A stretch of 63,834 bases of DNA, filler included, from Octopus bimaculoides (Eukaryota), in NCBI RefSeq assembly GCF_001194135.2. It is 5 parts of 5 records of this genome, joined end to end, with 100 filler letters (N's around TTAATTAATTAA, not from the genome) between each part and the next. Parts side by side here need not be neighbours in the genome. Positions count along the whole stretch, not along the records: positions 38,807 to 54,895 come from NC_069000.1; 4 more parts are not named here. One strand, 5' to 3'. Position 1 is the first letter of the stretch; each line of letters starts with the position of its first letter. Under the pieces are notes generated by a model. That model saw nothing but the letters and a program-made list of their open reading frames with translations. It did not search any database and had not been told where the DNA came from. Below, piece after piece: positions 38,990 through 49,989 of the stretch. The position numbers and the translations under genes are program-made.

Positions 38990-39404
38990 TGCTTGGTTGA
39001 CGGAAACTTTGTGGAAACCACTCCGAAGGGCTGTTGATCATCATCATCATCATCGTGTCGTCGTCTTTATGTCCACTTGACTCATGCGTGCATGGGTCAG
39101 ACGGAGCTTGTTGAGGCGGATTTTTTTTCTATGGCCGAATGCCCCTCCTGCTGCCAACCTAACCCCATCGTTTCTTTGTAAGCTAAAACTTCCTCATTAC
39201 GAAACATGTCTTGAGGGTTGACTGGAAACGGAGGACACCGCTTGCATGACGGTGACTGTCGTTTACAACTATCACGCGATGTCATGGCAAGGAGACAGTA
39301 ACGCAGGCACAAAATACGTACGCATACATATACACACATACATATGTACATACATATGTACATACATATATATCCACATACATATGTACAGAAACGTTAT
39401 TTCG

Positions 39405-39640
39405 CCGGGCGAAATGCTTAGCGGTATTTCGTCTGCCGCTACGCTCTGAGTTCAAATTCCGCCGAGGTCGACTTTGCCTTTCATCCTTTCGGGGTCGATT
39501 AAATAAGTACCAGTTACGCACTGGGGTCGATTAAATAAGTACCAGTTACGCACTGGGGTCGATATAATCGACTTAATCCGTTTGTCTGTCTTTGTTTGTC
39601 CCCTCTGTGTGTAGCCCCTTGTGGGTAGTAAAGAAATAAA
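39405..39640 (+). mobile_element. Young SINE A with an internal 32-bp duplication
   Basis: Same tail as the 35135 copy. ggggtcgattaaataagtaccagttacgcact is repeated at 39491 and 39523. Confidence 0.9.
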
Positions 39641-39953
39641 ATACATATGTACATACATATATACATATATACATATATACATACATGCCCCAGCATGGCC
39701 ACAGTCTTAGGGTTGAAACATAAAAGAATAAAAGAATATGTATACACCCAGAACCACGCTAATAACTTAGGAGTGAAATTTAGGATTTCTCAGTACTCAT
39801 GGCTCCGGGTTCAGTCCCACTGCGTGGCACCCTGGGCAAATGTCTTCTACTATNNNNNNNNNNNNNNNNNNNNNNNNNNNNNNNNNNNNNNNNNNNNNNN
39901 NNNNNNNNNNNNNNNNNNNNNNNNNNNNNNNNNNNNNNNNNNNNNNNNNNNNN

Positions 39954-39994
<41 letters not shown>

Positions 39995-40208
39995 TTGTAT
40001 ATAACTATGCATACACACACACATATACACTCATTCAAATATCTATATATACAAATGTGACCGCCCATTCCTCGCGCACACTTATACAAATGTAAAAAAA
40101 TTGTGTTTATTGCTCGCTGCTACAACTAAACATGAACATACGTAATTACTTTCAAGTTCCATATAAGTAACTCTCAGATTTCGTCCTCTAAGAAACGATC
40201 CAATTTAC

Positions 40209-40259
40209 GTTTAAACCGATAGATTTAACTGAGGAATGCTTTCGTTTTGCGTTGGGCAT
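40209..40259 (-). CDS. NOP6: Nop6-like protein, probable first coding exon
   Basis: caacATG context, MPNAKRKHSSVKSIGLN, phase-0 gtaaat donor, CpG-rich surroundings. Completes a 762-nt CDS. It lies across an artificial scaffold linker from the other exons. Confidence 0.55.
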
Positions 40260-40432
40260 GTTGAATTAAAGCGAAATCTCTCCAGTTAACACGAAATCTA
40301 CAAAAACAATTGATTCTACTCTGTAAGTCTCTCTACAAATAAATGTTCTGCTGTATATAGATAGTTACATTTACTGTAGAGTGTAAAACGTCATGTAAGG
40401 CACACAAACACACCACTGTCCATACACATATG

Positions 40433-41784
40433 CACTGATTCCTCGACTATCGCCGGTGTTACGTTCCAAAACCACCCGCGATAGGCGAAACTCCGCGAAG
40501 TAGAAACTGTACTGTATATTTTTTTAATAATTTTTATAATGTATATATATTTATTATATTATAAATGCACCCCCTCGCGATAGGCGAAAATCCGCGAAGT
40601 AGAAGCAGTATATTTTTGAAATAATTTTTATAATTTGTATATATTTATTATATTATAAATGCACCCCCCACCGCGATAGGTGAAAATTCGCGAAGTAGAA
40701 ACAGTACTGTACAGTATATTTTTTAAATAACTTTTATAATGTATATATATTTATTATATTGTAAATGCAAACCTCCCGCGATAGGTGAAAATCCGCGATG
40801 TAGAAACAGTACAGTTCTGTATATTTTAAGAATAATTTTTATAATTTGTATATATTTATTACATTAAAAATGCATCCCTCGCGATAGGTGAACATCCGCG
40901 ATGTAGAAACAGTACAGTTCTGTATATTTTTTAAATAATTTTTATAATTTGTATATATTTATTATATTAAAAATGCACCACCCCACTCTCGCGATAGGTG
41001 CAAATCCGCGAAGTAGAAACAGTACTGTACTGTATATTTTTTTAATAATTTTTATAATTTGTATATATTTATTATATTATAAATGTAAAGCCCCCACGAT
41101 GGGTGAAAATCCGCGAAGTAGAAACAGTATTTTACTGTATATTTTTTTAATAATTCTTATAATTTGTATATATTTATTACATTAAAAATGCATCCCTCGC
41201 GATAGGTGAACATCCGCGATGTAGAAACAGTACAGTTCTGTATATTTTTAAAATAATTTTTATAATTTGTATATATTTATTATATTAAAAATGCACCACC
41301 CCACTCTCGCAATAGGTGCAAATCCGCGAAGTAGAAACAGTACTGTACTGTATATTTTTAAAATAATTTTTATAATTTGTATATATTTATTATATTGTAA
41401 ATGCATCCCCCGTGATAGGAGAAAGTCCGCGAAGTAGAAACAGTACTGTACAGTATATTTTTTTAATAATTTTTATAATGTATATATATTTATTATATTG
41501 TAAATGCAACCCCCCCGCGATGTAGAAACAGTACTGTACTGTATATTTTTTTAATAATTTTTATAATTTGTATATATTTATTATATTATAGATGTAAACC
41601 ACCCGTGGTAGGTGAAAATCCGCGATGTAGAAACAGTACTGTACTGTATATTTTTTTAAATAATTTTTATAATTTGCATATATTTATTATATTATAAATG
41701 CAAAACAACTTCAAAGAGGAATCGACGTAAGCTTAAATAATTAACCGCGATAGGTGAACCGCGATATGGCGATGGATTACTGTA
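40433..41784. mobile_element. Tigger/pogo-like MITE with an internally amplified tandem array
   Basis: Ends cactgattcctcgactatcgccgg and ccgcgatatggcgatggattactg|ta are imperfect inverted repeats. A cleaner 5' end of the same family (tagtaatccctcgactatcgcg) is at 45326. Confidence 0.7.
40476..41705. repeat. Minisatellite, 12 units of about 90-110 bp
   Basis: Unit approximately ccgcgataggtgaaaatccgcgaagtagaaacagtactgtactgtatattttttaaataatttttataatttgtatatatttattatattataaatgcacc, counted by hand. Confidence 0.95.
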
Positions 41785-41887
41785 CACATATATACGCATA
41801 CATACACACATGCACATATACGCATGTGTATATGTAATATGATTATATATATGGGTGTAATATAATTGTATATGTGCATATGTGTGT

Positions 41888-41926
<39 letters not shown>

Positions 41927-43568
41927 AGTATTTGTGTTCCACCACCACCACCACCATCACCACCTGTCAATCGGGGTTGTTTTGTTTACGTCCCCTGTTA
42001 GCTAGCGGTTGGCATAAGTGATCAATGGAATAAGTACAAAGTTTCAATAAACCCTTTAAGGTGGTGCTCCAGCGTGGCCGCAGTCCAGTGAGTCAAACAA
42101 GTATAAAAGATACATACACAGATGCGCGCACACACACATAATCACTGCTCGACAACCGGTGTTGGTNNNNNNNNNNNNNNNNNNNNNNNNNNNNNNNNNN
42201 NNNNNNNNNNNNNNNNNNNNNNNNNNNNNNNNNNNNNNNNNNNNNNNNNNNNNNNNNNNNNNNNNNNNNNNNNNNNNNNNNNNNNNNNNNNNNNNNNNNN
42301 NNNNNNNNNNNNNNNNNNNNNNNNNNNNNNNNNNNNNNNNNNNNNNNNNNNNNNNNNNNNNNNNNNNNNNNNNNNNNNNNNNNNNNNNNNNNNNNNNNNN
42401 NNNNNNNNNNNNNNNNNNNNNNNNNNNNNNNNNNNNNNNNNNNNNNNNNNNNNNNNNNNNNNNNNNNNNNNNNNNNNNNNNNNNNNNNNNNNNNNNNNNN
42501 NNNNNNNNNNNNNNNNNNNNNNNNNNNNNNNNNNNNNNNNNNNNNNNNNNNNNNNNNNNNNNNNNNNNNNNNNNNNNNNNNNNNNNNNNNNNNNNNNNNN
42601 NNNNNNNNNNNNNNNNNNNNNNNNNNNNNNNNNNNNNNNNNNNNNNNNNNNNNNNNNNNNNNNNNNNNNNNNNNNNNNNNNNNNNNNNNNNNNNNNNNNN
42701 NNNNNNNNNNNNNNNNNNNNNNNNNNNNNNNNNNNNNNNNNNNNNNNNNNNNNNNNNNNNNNNNNNNNNNNNNNNNNNNNNNNNNNNNNNNNNNNNNNNN
42801 NNNNNNNNNNNNNNNNNNNNNNNNNNNNNNNNNNNNNNNNNNNNNNNNNNNNNNNNNNNNNNNNNNNNNNNNNNNNNNNNNNNNNNNNNNNNNNNNNNNN
42901 NNNNNNNNNNNNNNNNNNNNNNNNNNNNNNNNNNNNNNNNNNNNNNNNNNNNNNNNNNNNNNNNNNNNNNNNNNNNNNNNNNNNNNNNNNNNNNNNNNNN
43001 NNNNNNNNNNNNNNNNNNNNNNNNNNNNNNNNNNNNNNNNNNNNNNNNNNNNNNNNNNNNNNNNNNNNNNNNNNNNNNNNNNNNNNNNNNNNNNNNNNNN
43101 NNNNNNNNNNNNNNNNNNNNNTATATATATATATATGGTATGAAGTTTGCTTTGCAGTCATGATTTCCCTGGATTGATCTTGTTGCTTGTCATTTTGAGC
43201 AAGTGTCGTTTTATATAACTTCGAGTTGGTCCAAATCTTGTACATGAAGTTGAATTGTGGGAAACTGAATAGAAGCCCGCCGGGTGGATTGTATCTGCAA
43301 TTCAAAAGTACAACCTTGTCACAAATTGTGTCACGCTGTGTCACGCAGTGTCACGCTGGTTTCGTGTGAGAAGTGCTTTCAAGATACAAACGACAATAGA
43401 ATCACCGGCCTCTTGTATGTTAACGTGTTAATTCAACGTGCCTGGAGGTTCAGCTGGTTCACTGATCAATTGAACACTCACAACTGGAAATCATGACCGA
43501 GATCGATCCTCCACCCCCACATATACAGACACACGCAACACACATCCATCCATCCATCCATCCATCCA

Positions 43569-44105
43569 TTGGGATAGAGAAGAGAAACTGTGCACAGTTG
43601 TTGGAAATTAGCTGCCCAGAGGATGTTAACATAAGGCTGAAAATCAGTGAAAAAGAGAACACCTATGCTGAACTATTGAGAAATCTGCAGTTACTCCAGT
43701 TCAGGTTTATACCTGTAATAATTGGAGCCCTGAGATATGTAACACACTGCCGAAATACCAATCTTGAGAAATTAGGCTTCTCAAAACCAGAAAGGAGAAA
43801 GCTAATTCGAAGACAACATATCCAATCCATCACTGGAACTGTAAAGATCTGTAAAACTTTCCAGAAGTTTATCATTTAAATATATATGAGCATGTCTAGA
43901 TATGCAACTATATGCACATGCATAAAACATACAAATCTGCACATGCATACATACATACATGCATACATACATACATACATACATACACACATACATACAT
44001 ACATACCCTGTTGTTGATGTTGAAATTCCAGTGTAGGAGCCTTGGATCTTGGTTAGAAACCGGTTCTTTCTCTATTGGCAAGAAATCTTGAAATAAACTG
44101 AATAA
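43569..44105 (+). mobile_element. 3' end of an RLE-type LINE with (CATA)n in and after the 3' UTR
   Basis: LLEISCPEDVNIRLKISEKENTYAELLRNL...FIPVIIGALRYV...SITGTVKICKTF is an RLE C-terminus. Starts right after (CATC)n. Confidence 0.8.
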
Positions 44106-44328
44106 CCATACATACATACACACACACATACATACATACATGCATACATACATATTTAATATACGCAATTAGAAAAGTGCTACTAATAGTTTCATGCTTT
44201 AAGATACAAAAAATTGACAGATTTATATAACATGCCATGTATCTCCAAGTAATCATTCAGGTTTAGTTCATACGTTAAATGTATTTAAAATGAATGTGAG
44301 TGCGCGCGTGTGTGTATGTGTTTGTGTG

Positions 44329-44370
<42 letters not shown>

Positions 44371-44538
44371 AGAGTGTATATATATATATATATATCATAT
44401 TCATGCGTAGATACATACATATCTACACACGCACACACACAAACAAACACATAGATGTACGTGCATCTCTCTCTGTATAAATATATAGAAACGTTTGACC
44501 TCAGACTTCCAGCTGAAACGGGTAAAGTTTAAAAGAGG

Positions 44539-44601
<63 letters not shown>

Positions 44602-44611
44602 AACACACACA

Positions 44612-44666
<55 letters not shown>

Positions 44667-45101
44667 ACATGCCTATATTATCCACGTATACATGGAGATA
44701 TGTTATACAAAGTCAAATTTACACAGCTATTGTATACATTTCCTCTTCCTAATTAGCCTAAACAAACGCAGTAAATCGATGCGTTTCAAACAGAGCCACA
44801 CGACAAGACCTTTCGTGCAATATTAATAAAAATGCTTTAGCCCTCCGTTCCTCTATGAATGAGAAAACAGAATACAATTTGCTTTCATATGATTCTGCTT
44901 TGCGTGATGTGGTTTTCGATAAGTTTAAAATGAAGGTTAAAACCATTTCAATTTTATTAAACATGACAATTATTTGACTTGCCGTTTTCAATCCTCACCT
45001 CTACCCTGTCCTATGAAAATCGTTTTGTATATATTTTATTCACCCGAACAATAGAAATTAAGTGGAAATAAAGACATAACATTCAGTGCACATTGGATGT
45101 G

Positions 45102-45147
<46 letters not shown>

Positions 45148-45287
45148 TCTGTCTGCCTGTCTGATTGCCTATGTATGTATGTATGTATGTATGTATGTAT
45201 GTATGTATGTATGTATGTATGTATGTATCTATCTTGTTTGTTATTGTAAATTTGATTTCTCTCTCTCTCTCTCTCTCTCTATGTATG

Positions 45288-45330
<43 letters not shown>

Positions 45331-46327
45331 ATCCCTCGACTATCGCGAGTGTTNNNNNNNNNNNNNNNNNNNNNNNNNNNNNNNNNNNNNNNNNNNNNNN
45401 NNNNNNNNNNNNNNNNNNNNNNNNNNNNNNNNNNNNNNNNNNNNNNNNNNNNNNNNNNNNNNNNNNNNNNNNNNNNNNNNNNNNNNNNNNNNNNNNNNNN
45501 NNNNNNNNNNNNNNNNNNNNNNNNNNNNNNNNNNNNNNNNNNNNNNNNNNNNNNNNNNNNNNNNNNNNNNNNNNNNNNNNNNNNNNNNNNNNNNNNNNNN
45601 NNNNNNNNNNNNNNNNNNNNNNNNNNNNNNNNNNNNNNNNNNNNNNNNNNNNNNNNNNNNNNNNNNNNNNNNNNNNNNNNNNNNNNNNNNNNNNNNNNNN
45701 NNNNNNNNNNNNNNNNNNNNNNNNNNNNNNNNNNNNNNNNNNNNNNNNNNNNNNNNNNNNNAAAAAGTATTGGGGCTGATCTGTTCGACTAAAATCCTTC
45801 AAGATGGTGCCCCAGCATGGCCGCAGTCCAATGACTTCAACAAGAAAACGGTAAAAAGTTAAAAGGTGATATAGTCTGATGGTTAGCTTTGCTATCCAAA
45901 CCATTCACTACAACATCCGCCGCTAATGAATGGTGTCAATTAATTGTGAATTAGCAGAATTATTACAAAAACCCTATGAAATACTTTGCCATACTCGTTT
46001 ATTCTTTATCTCTTTTAGTTTAAAAAAAAAAAAAAAAATCGAGGAATGAGGGTTTGGTGATTCTTATTGTTCTATATTCGAAAATATTTGATTGCAGTCA
46101 AGAATTGGGTCAATTGAAGCGATTTGCAATGTCTTTCAAAATATAATGTCTTGATGATAAACTTAGAAAGTAAATATTTACAATATTTCACACGTTTTAT
46201 TATAACAAAAAATTCAGTTTGTACTTTAAATACACACACATACATACATACACACATACACTCAAGAATTCAATTAACTTGTAACATTAATTGGATTTTA
46301 TGAATTATACCTACATATAATTTAGAA

Positions 46328-46370
<43 letters not shown>

Positions 46371-46399
46371 AAATTGATTAATCGATTCATTGCTAGATG

Positions 46400-46431
<32 letters not shown>

Positions 46432-47234
46432 NNNNNNNNNNNNNNNNNNNNNNNNNNNNNNNNNNNNNNNNNNNNNNNNNNNNNNNNNNNNNNNNNNNNN
46501 NNNNNNNNNNNNNNNNNNNNNNNNNNNNNNNNNNNNNNNNNNNNNNNNNNNNNNNNNNNNNNNNNNNNNNNNNNNNNNNNNNNNNNNNNNNNNNNNNNNN
46601 NNNNNNNNNNNNNNNNNNNNNNNNNNNNNNNNNNNNNNNNNNNNNNNNNNNNNNNNNNNNNNNNNNNNNNNNNNNNNNNNNNNNNNNNNNNNNNNNNNNN
46701 NNNNNNNNNNNNNNNNNNNNNNNNNNNNNNNNNNNNNNNNNNNNNNNNNNNNNNNNNNNNNNNNNNNNNNNNNNNNNNNNNNNNNNNNNNNNNNNNNNNN
46801 NNNNNNNNNNNNNNNNNNNNNNNNNNNNNNNNNNNNNNNNNNNNNNNNNNNNNNNNNNNNNNNNNNNNNNNNNNNNNNNNNNNNNNNNNNNNNNNNNNNN
46901 NNNNNNNNNNNNNNNNNNNNNNNNNNNNNNNNNNNNNNNNNNNNNNNNNNNNNNNNNNNNNNNNNNNNNNNNNNNNNNNNNNNNNNNNNNNNNNNNNNNN
47001 NNNNNNNNNNNNNNNNNNNNNNNNNNNNNNNNNNTACAGGGCTGTATTACTGGCGTACTGATGGTTTACTCCAAGTTCAAGAGAATTCTCTGCATTCTAA
47101 TTCAGTTGGTAAAATGCCTATAAATGAAAAGTCGTATCATGAACTATTGCAATTAAAAAAAAAAAAAAACTACAACAAAAAACTCTGTGTTATCTTCTTT
47201 AGACTTTCGTCTTGTTCCCCTGCCTGCTTTTACG

Positions 47235-47720
47235 AAGCACATTTGGTGTGATATTTCTACTGGTAATAAACGACCTTCTTTCTCTGCTTGTCAGACACAG
47301 ACGCTCAGTTTTTCTGCTCTTCACAATTTATCTCAGCCAGTTGTTGCAGCATCGGCAAAACTTATTTCAGCTCGTCTCATTTGGCCAAATATGACCAGAG
47401 AGTTTTGTCAATGGGCTACTAATTGTACATCTTGTCACAAAACAAAAGTTCATCACCGTAGTAAAGCTTCCCGAGGAACTCTCGCAGCACTAGATATTAC
47501 TGGACCCCTATCTCCTGTTCGGGTCTATACCAGCTATTGCTAGATCCTTATCTCCTGTTTAAAATCTATACCAGATATTGCTGGATCCTTATCTCCTGTT
47601 CATGTCTATATCTATCTGTTTACCCGTATGGAACGTTTTTGTAGACGGCCTGAAGACGTTCTTATTAGAGATATTTTATCTGCTACTGTAGCGGTAGTGT
47701 TGATGAATATCATGAAAGTA
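47235..47720 (+). mobile_element. Gypsy/Ty3 integrase relic
   Basis: IWCDISTGNKRP...ALHNLSQP...SARLIWPNM...WATNCTSCHKTKVHH...DITGPLSP...YLFTRMERFCRRPE: decayed HHCC region plus the start of the core. Confidence 0.8.
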
Positions 47721-48749
47721 GTGCAAGGAATTTAAAGCCCGGCATATAACTGATGTATATTACTAGACACTACACATTAAGGGAGGACTTTTTTTTATCG
47801 AGTACGACAGAAGCGTGTTGCATAAGAAAAGTGAAAGTGGGGACGAGAAACTAATTCGCTACGACGAGTAACATAGATTCCCTCACCCCTCATGCGGATT
47901 AGAATCTCGCTGGTCTAAGGTTGAATTTGTCAGCTTTTATAATTGTACACTCGATTCTAGAATCTTCAGCCAAATTGCTTAGCAGGAGAACTCGCTGTGT
48001 AACTTTGAAGTTTGCAGCAACAACAACTATAATAAATTACTCCTGAACTCATGAGTCACGGAGAAAATGTCTTGCTGTAGACAAATAGGTGTAAATATAA
48101 ACAGTCAGTTCGAAGCGCCCCCTACCCAAAACTGATGGATGCATGAGTTCAGGAGTAATGCATGAATCCATCTTCAGTATCAAACACTGGAAGGAGGCAC
48201 TACGGACTGACAAGAGATAGATCTTTCTTGTTATATTCCAGTCAGTGTACTGTGACTGATGGCGCTAATCAGTGGCTCGACCGTAATAAAATACGGAATG
48301 TAAGCGCTAAGCAGTGATGTATACATATATAAACTCGTTACCATAATATATAATATATTTAAATTTACAACCAAGGTAAATATAATATATTTAAATATAA
48401 TATATTTAAATTTACAACCAAGGTAGTCTGCTACCGCTTTTATTGGCAATGTTTTTTTTTCAAGCACAATACTAAGGGTGTCTGTATATAAATAGGTAAA
48501 TTTGGTGTTGTGTGCGAATGTATGGTTACATTGGCTGTACTTGCAACAATACAAGCCACTTCTTTTTTTTTTAATCTCTATCGATACCGATTGTCTCTTT
48601 TTTTTACCATGGGCGTCGATAACAAAATATTAAGGTGTGCCTGTAAAATACAATGAGGTCCGATATCGGTGCATGCAGGGGTTTCTGCCTTGCATCGTTG
48701 AGACCACGTAGTGTCCGTTGGAACATTAATTTTATATTTGCTGTCTGGG

Positions 48750-49260
48750 CAGTAATTTCGGTAACTCAAACATTTTATTTTTTGGAATTTTATGAATTTT
48801 TTCCCCCAAATTTGTGTTCTACACACGGAAATTCATACAATTATGAAAAAAAAAAAAAAAAAAAGCAACAACACTTTTTTTACTCCCGCAAGCCAATAAA
48901 TCCTAAAAATTCCACTCTTTTCCGATGCGAGTTTAAAATACGGACAGGACGAATTATTTTGCTCAAATCCCATGAATGGATCACTCTTGGATGCTTCATC
49001 ATTCTATTAAATGTGTTTATGGGGAGAAAAGTATTGAAAAACATCAATACATGTCAGAGTGACAATGTAACGAGGAAGATATCAGGTGGTCGTGAGTTGT
49101 GCTAAAAATAACAACTAAATTGCCCTTAAATCACTCAAACACACACTATATATATATTTTTTGCATAATCATATCAATTCTCGTGTGTAGAACACAAATT
49201 CGCAAAAAAAAAAATTTCTGAAAATTCCCAAAGATAAAAAAGTTACGAGTTATATGGGAT
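48750..49260. mobile_element. Element with about 100-bp inverted arms
   Basis: 48750-48850 (ttttggaattt...aaatttgtgttctacacacgg...aattatgaaaaa) is reverse-complementary to 49155-49255. Outer ends not resolved. Confidence 0.55.
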
Positions 49261-49934
49261 GCTTAAACCAGAATTCCGCCAAATATTTGATTAATCACCG
49301 ACACTAAAATACATTTATTCGTCTCTGTCGACCCAACGACTTATTAGAAACTACGGACGACTGAATACAAAATTGGCTAACAAACATTTCAAGTTCTGTA
49401 TAGAATTGCAATGTCGACTCAAACGGAATTTAAGTGTAATAGACTGGAGTGGAGCTAAAACTACGGCTGGCATATAACGTCCGATAGTCGGCCATTCTTA
49501 TCACATAATTTTGTTGCTGTTGTTGTTTTGTGATAGTCGAATTTAGACATTTAACCGAGAACGATACCCACACATAATAGCGTAATGTTTATGGCATATA
49601 TTATTATTGTGTAATCAAAATACGTTGGTCATCAGTTTTAAACCATTATCGTATTTCATGTTATGATCATAAACAATCGCCGTTGTCTTATTTTTTATTT
49701 TTTCGTTACTTTTTATTTGGTAATTTATCAACATTTCGTTCATCACATGCGCAGTAGAAGAACTATATACATAAAACACACACATACAAACACACACACA
49801 CAATTTATTTAGCTTATTGTGACTTACTGATTGCGTATATACTTGAATGTATGCATACTTGTACGTTTATGTATATAAATATATGTATGTATACATGTCC
49901 ATGTTTATGAACATATACATACGGATATATACTC

Positions 49935-49989
<55 letters not shown>

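Noticed and set aside
40476-41705. Regular array resembling CRISPR
   Set aside because: Whole units are repeated with no unique spacers, there are no cas genes, and the context is eukaryotic.
42122-43344. Long ORFs running through N gaps (also at 3.0-4.1, 45-47, 50, 52 and 57 kb)
   Set aside because: Open only because N codons contain no stops.
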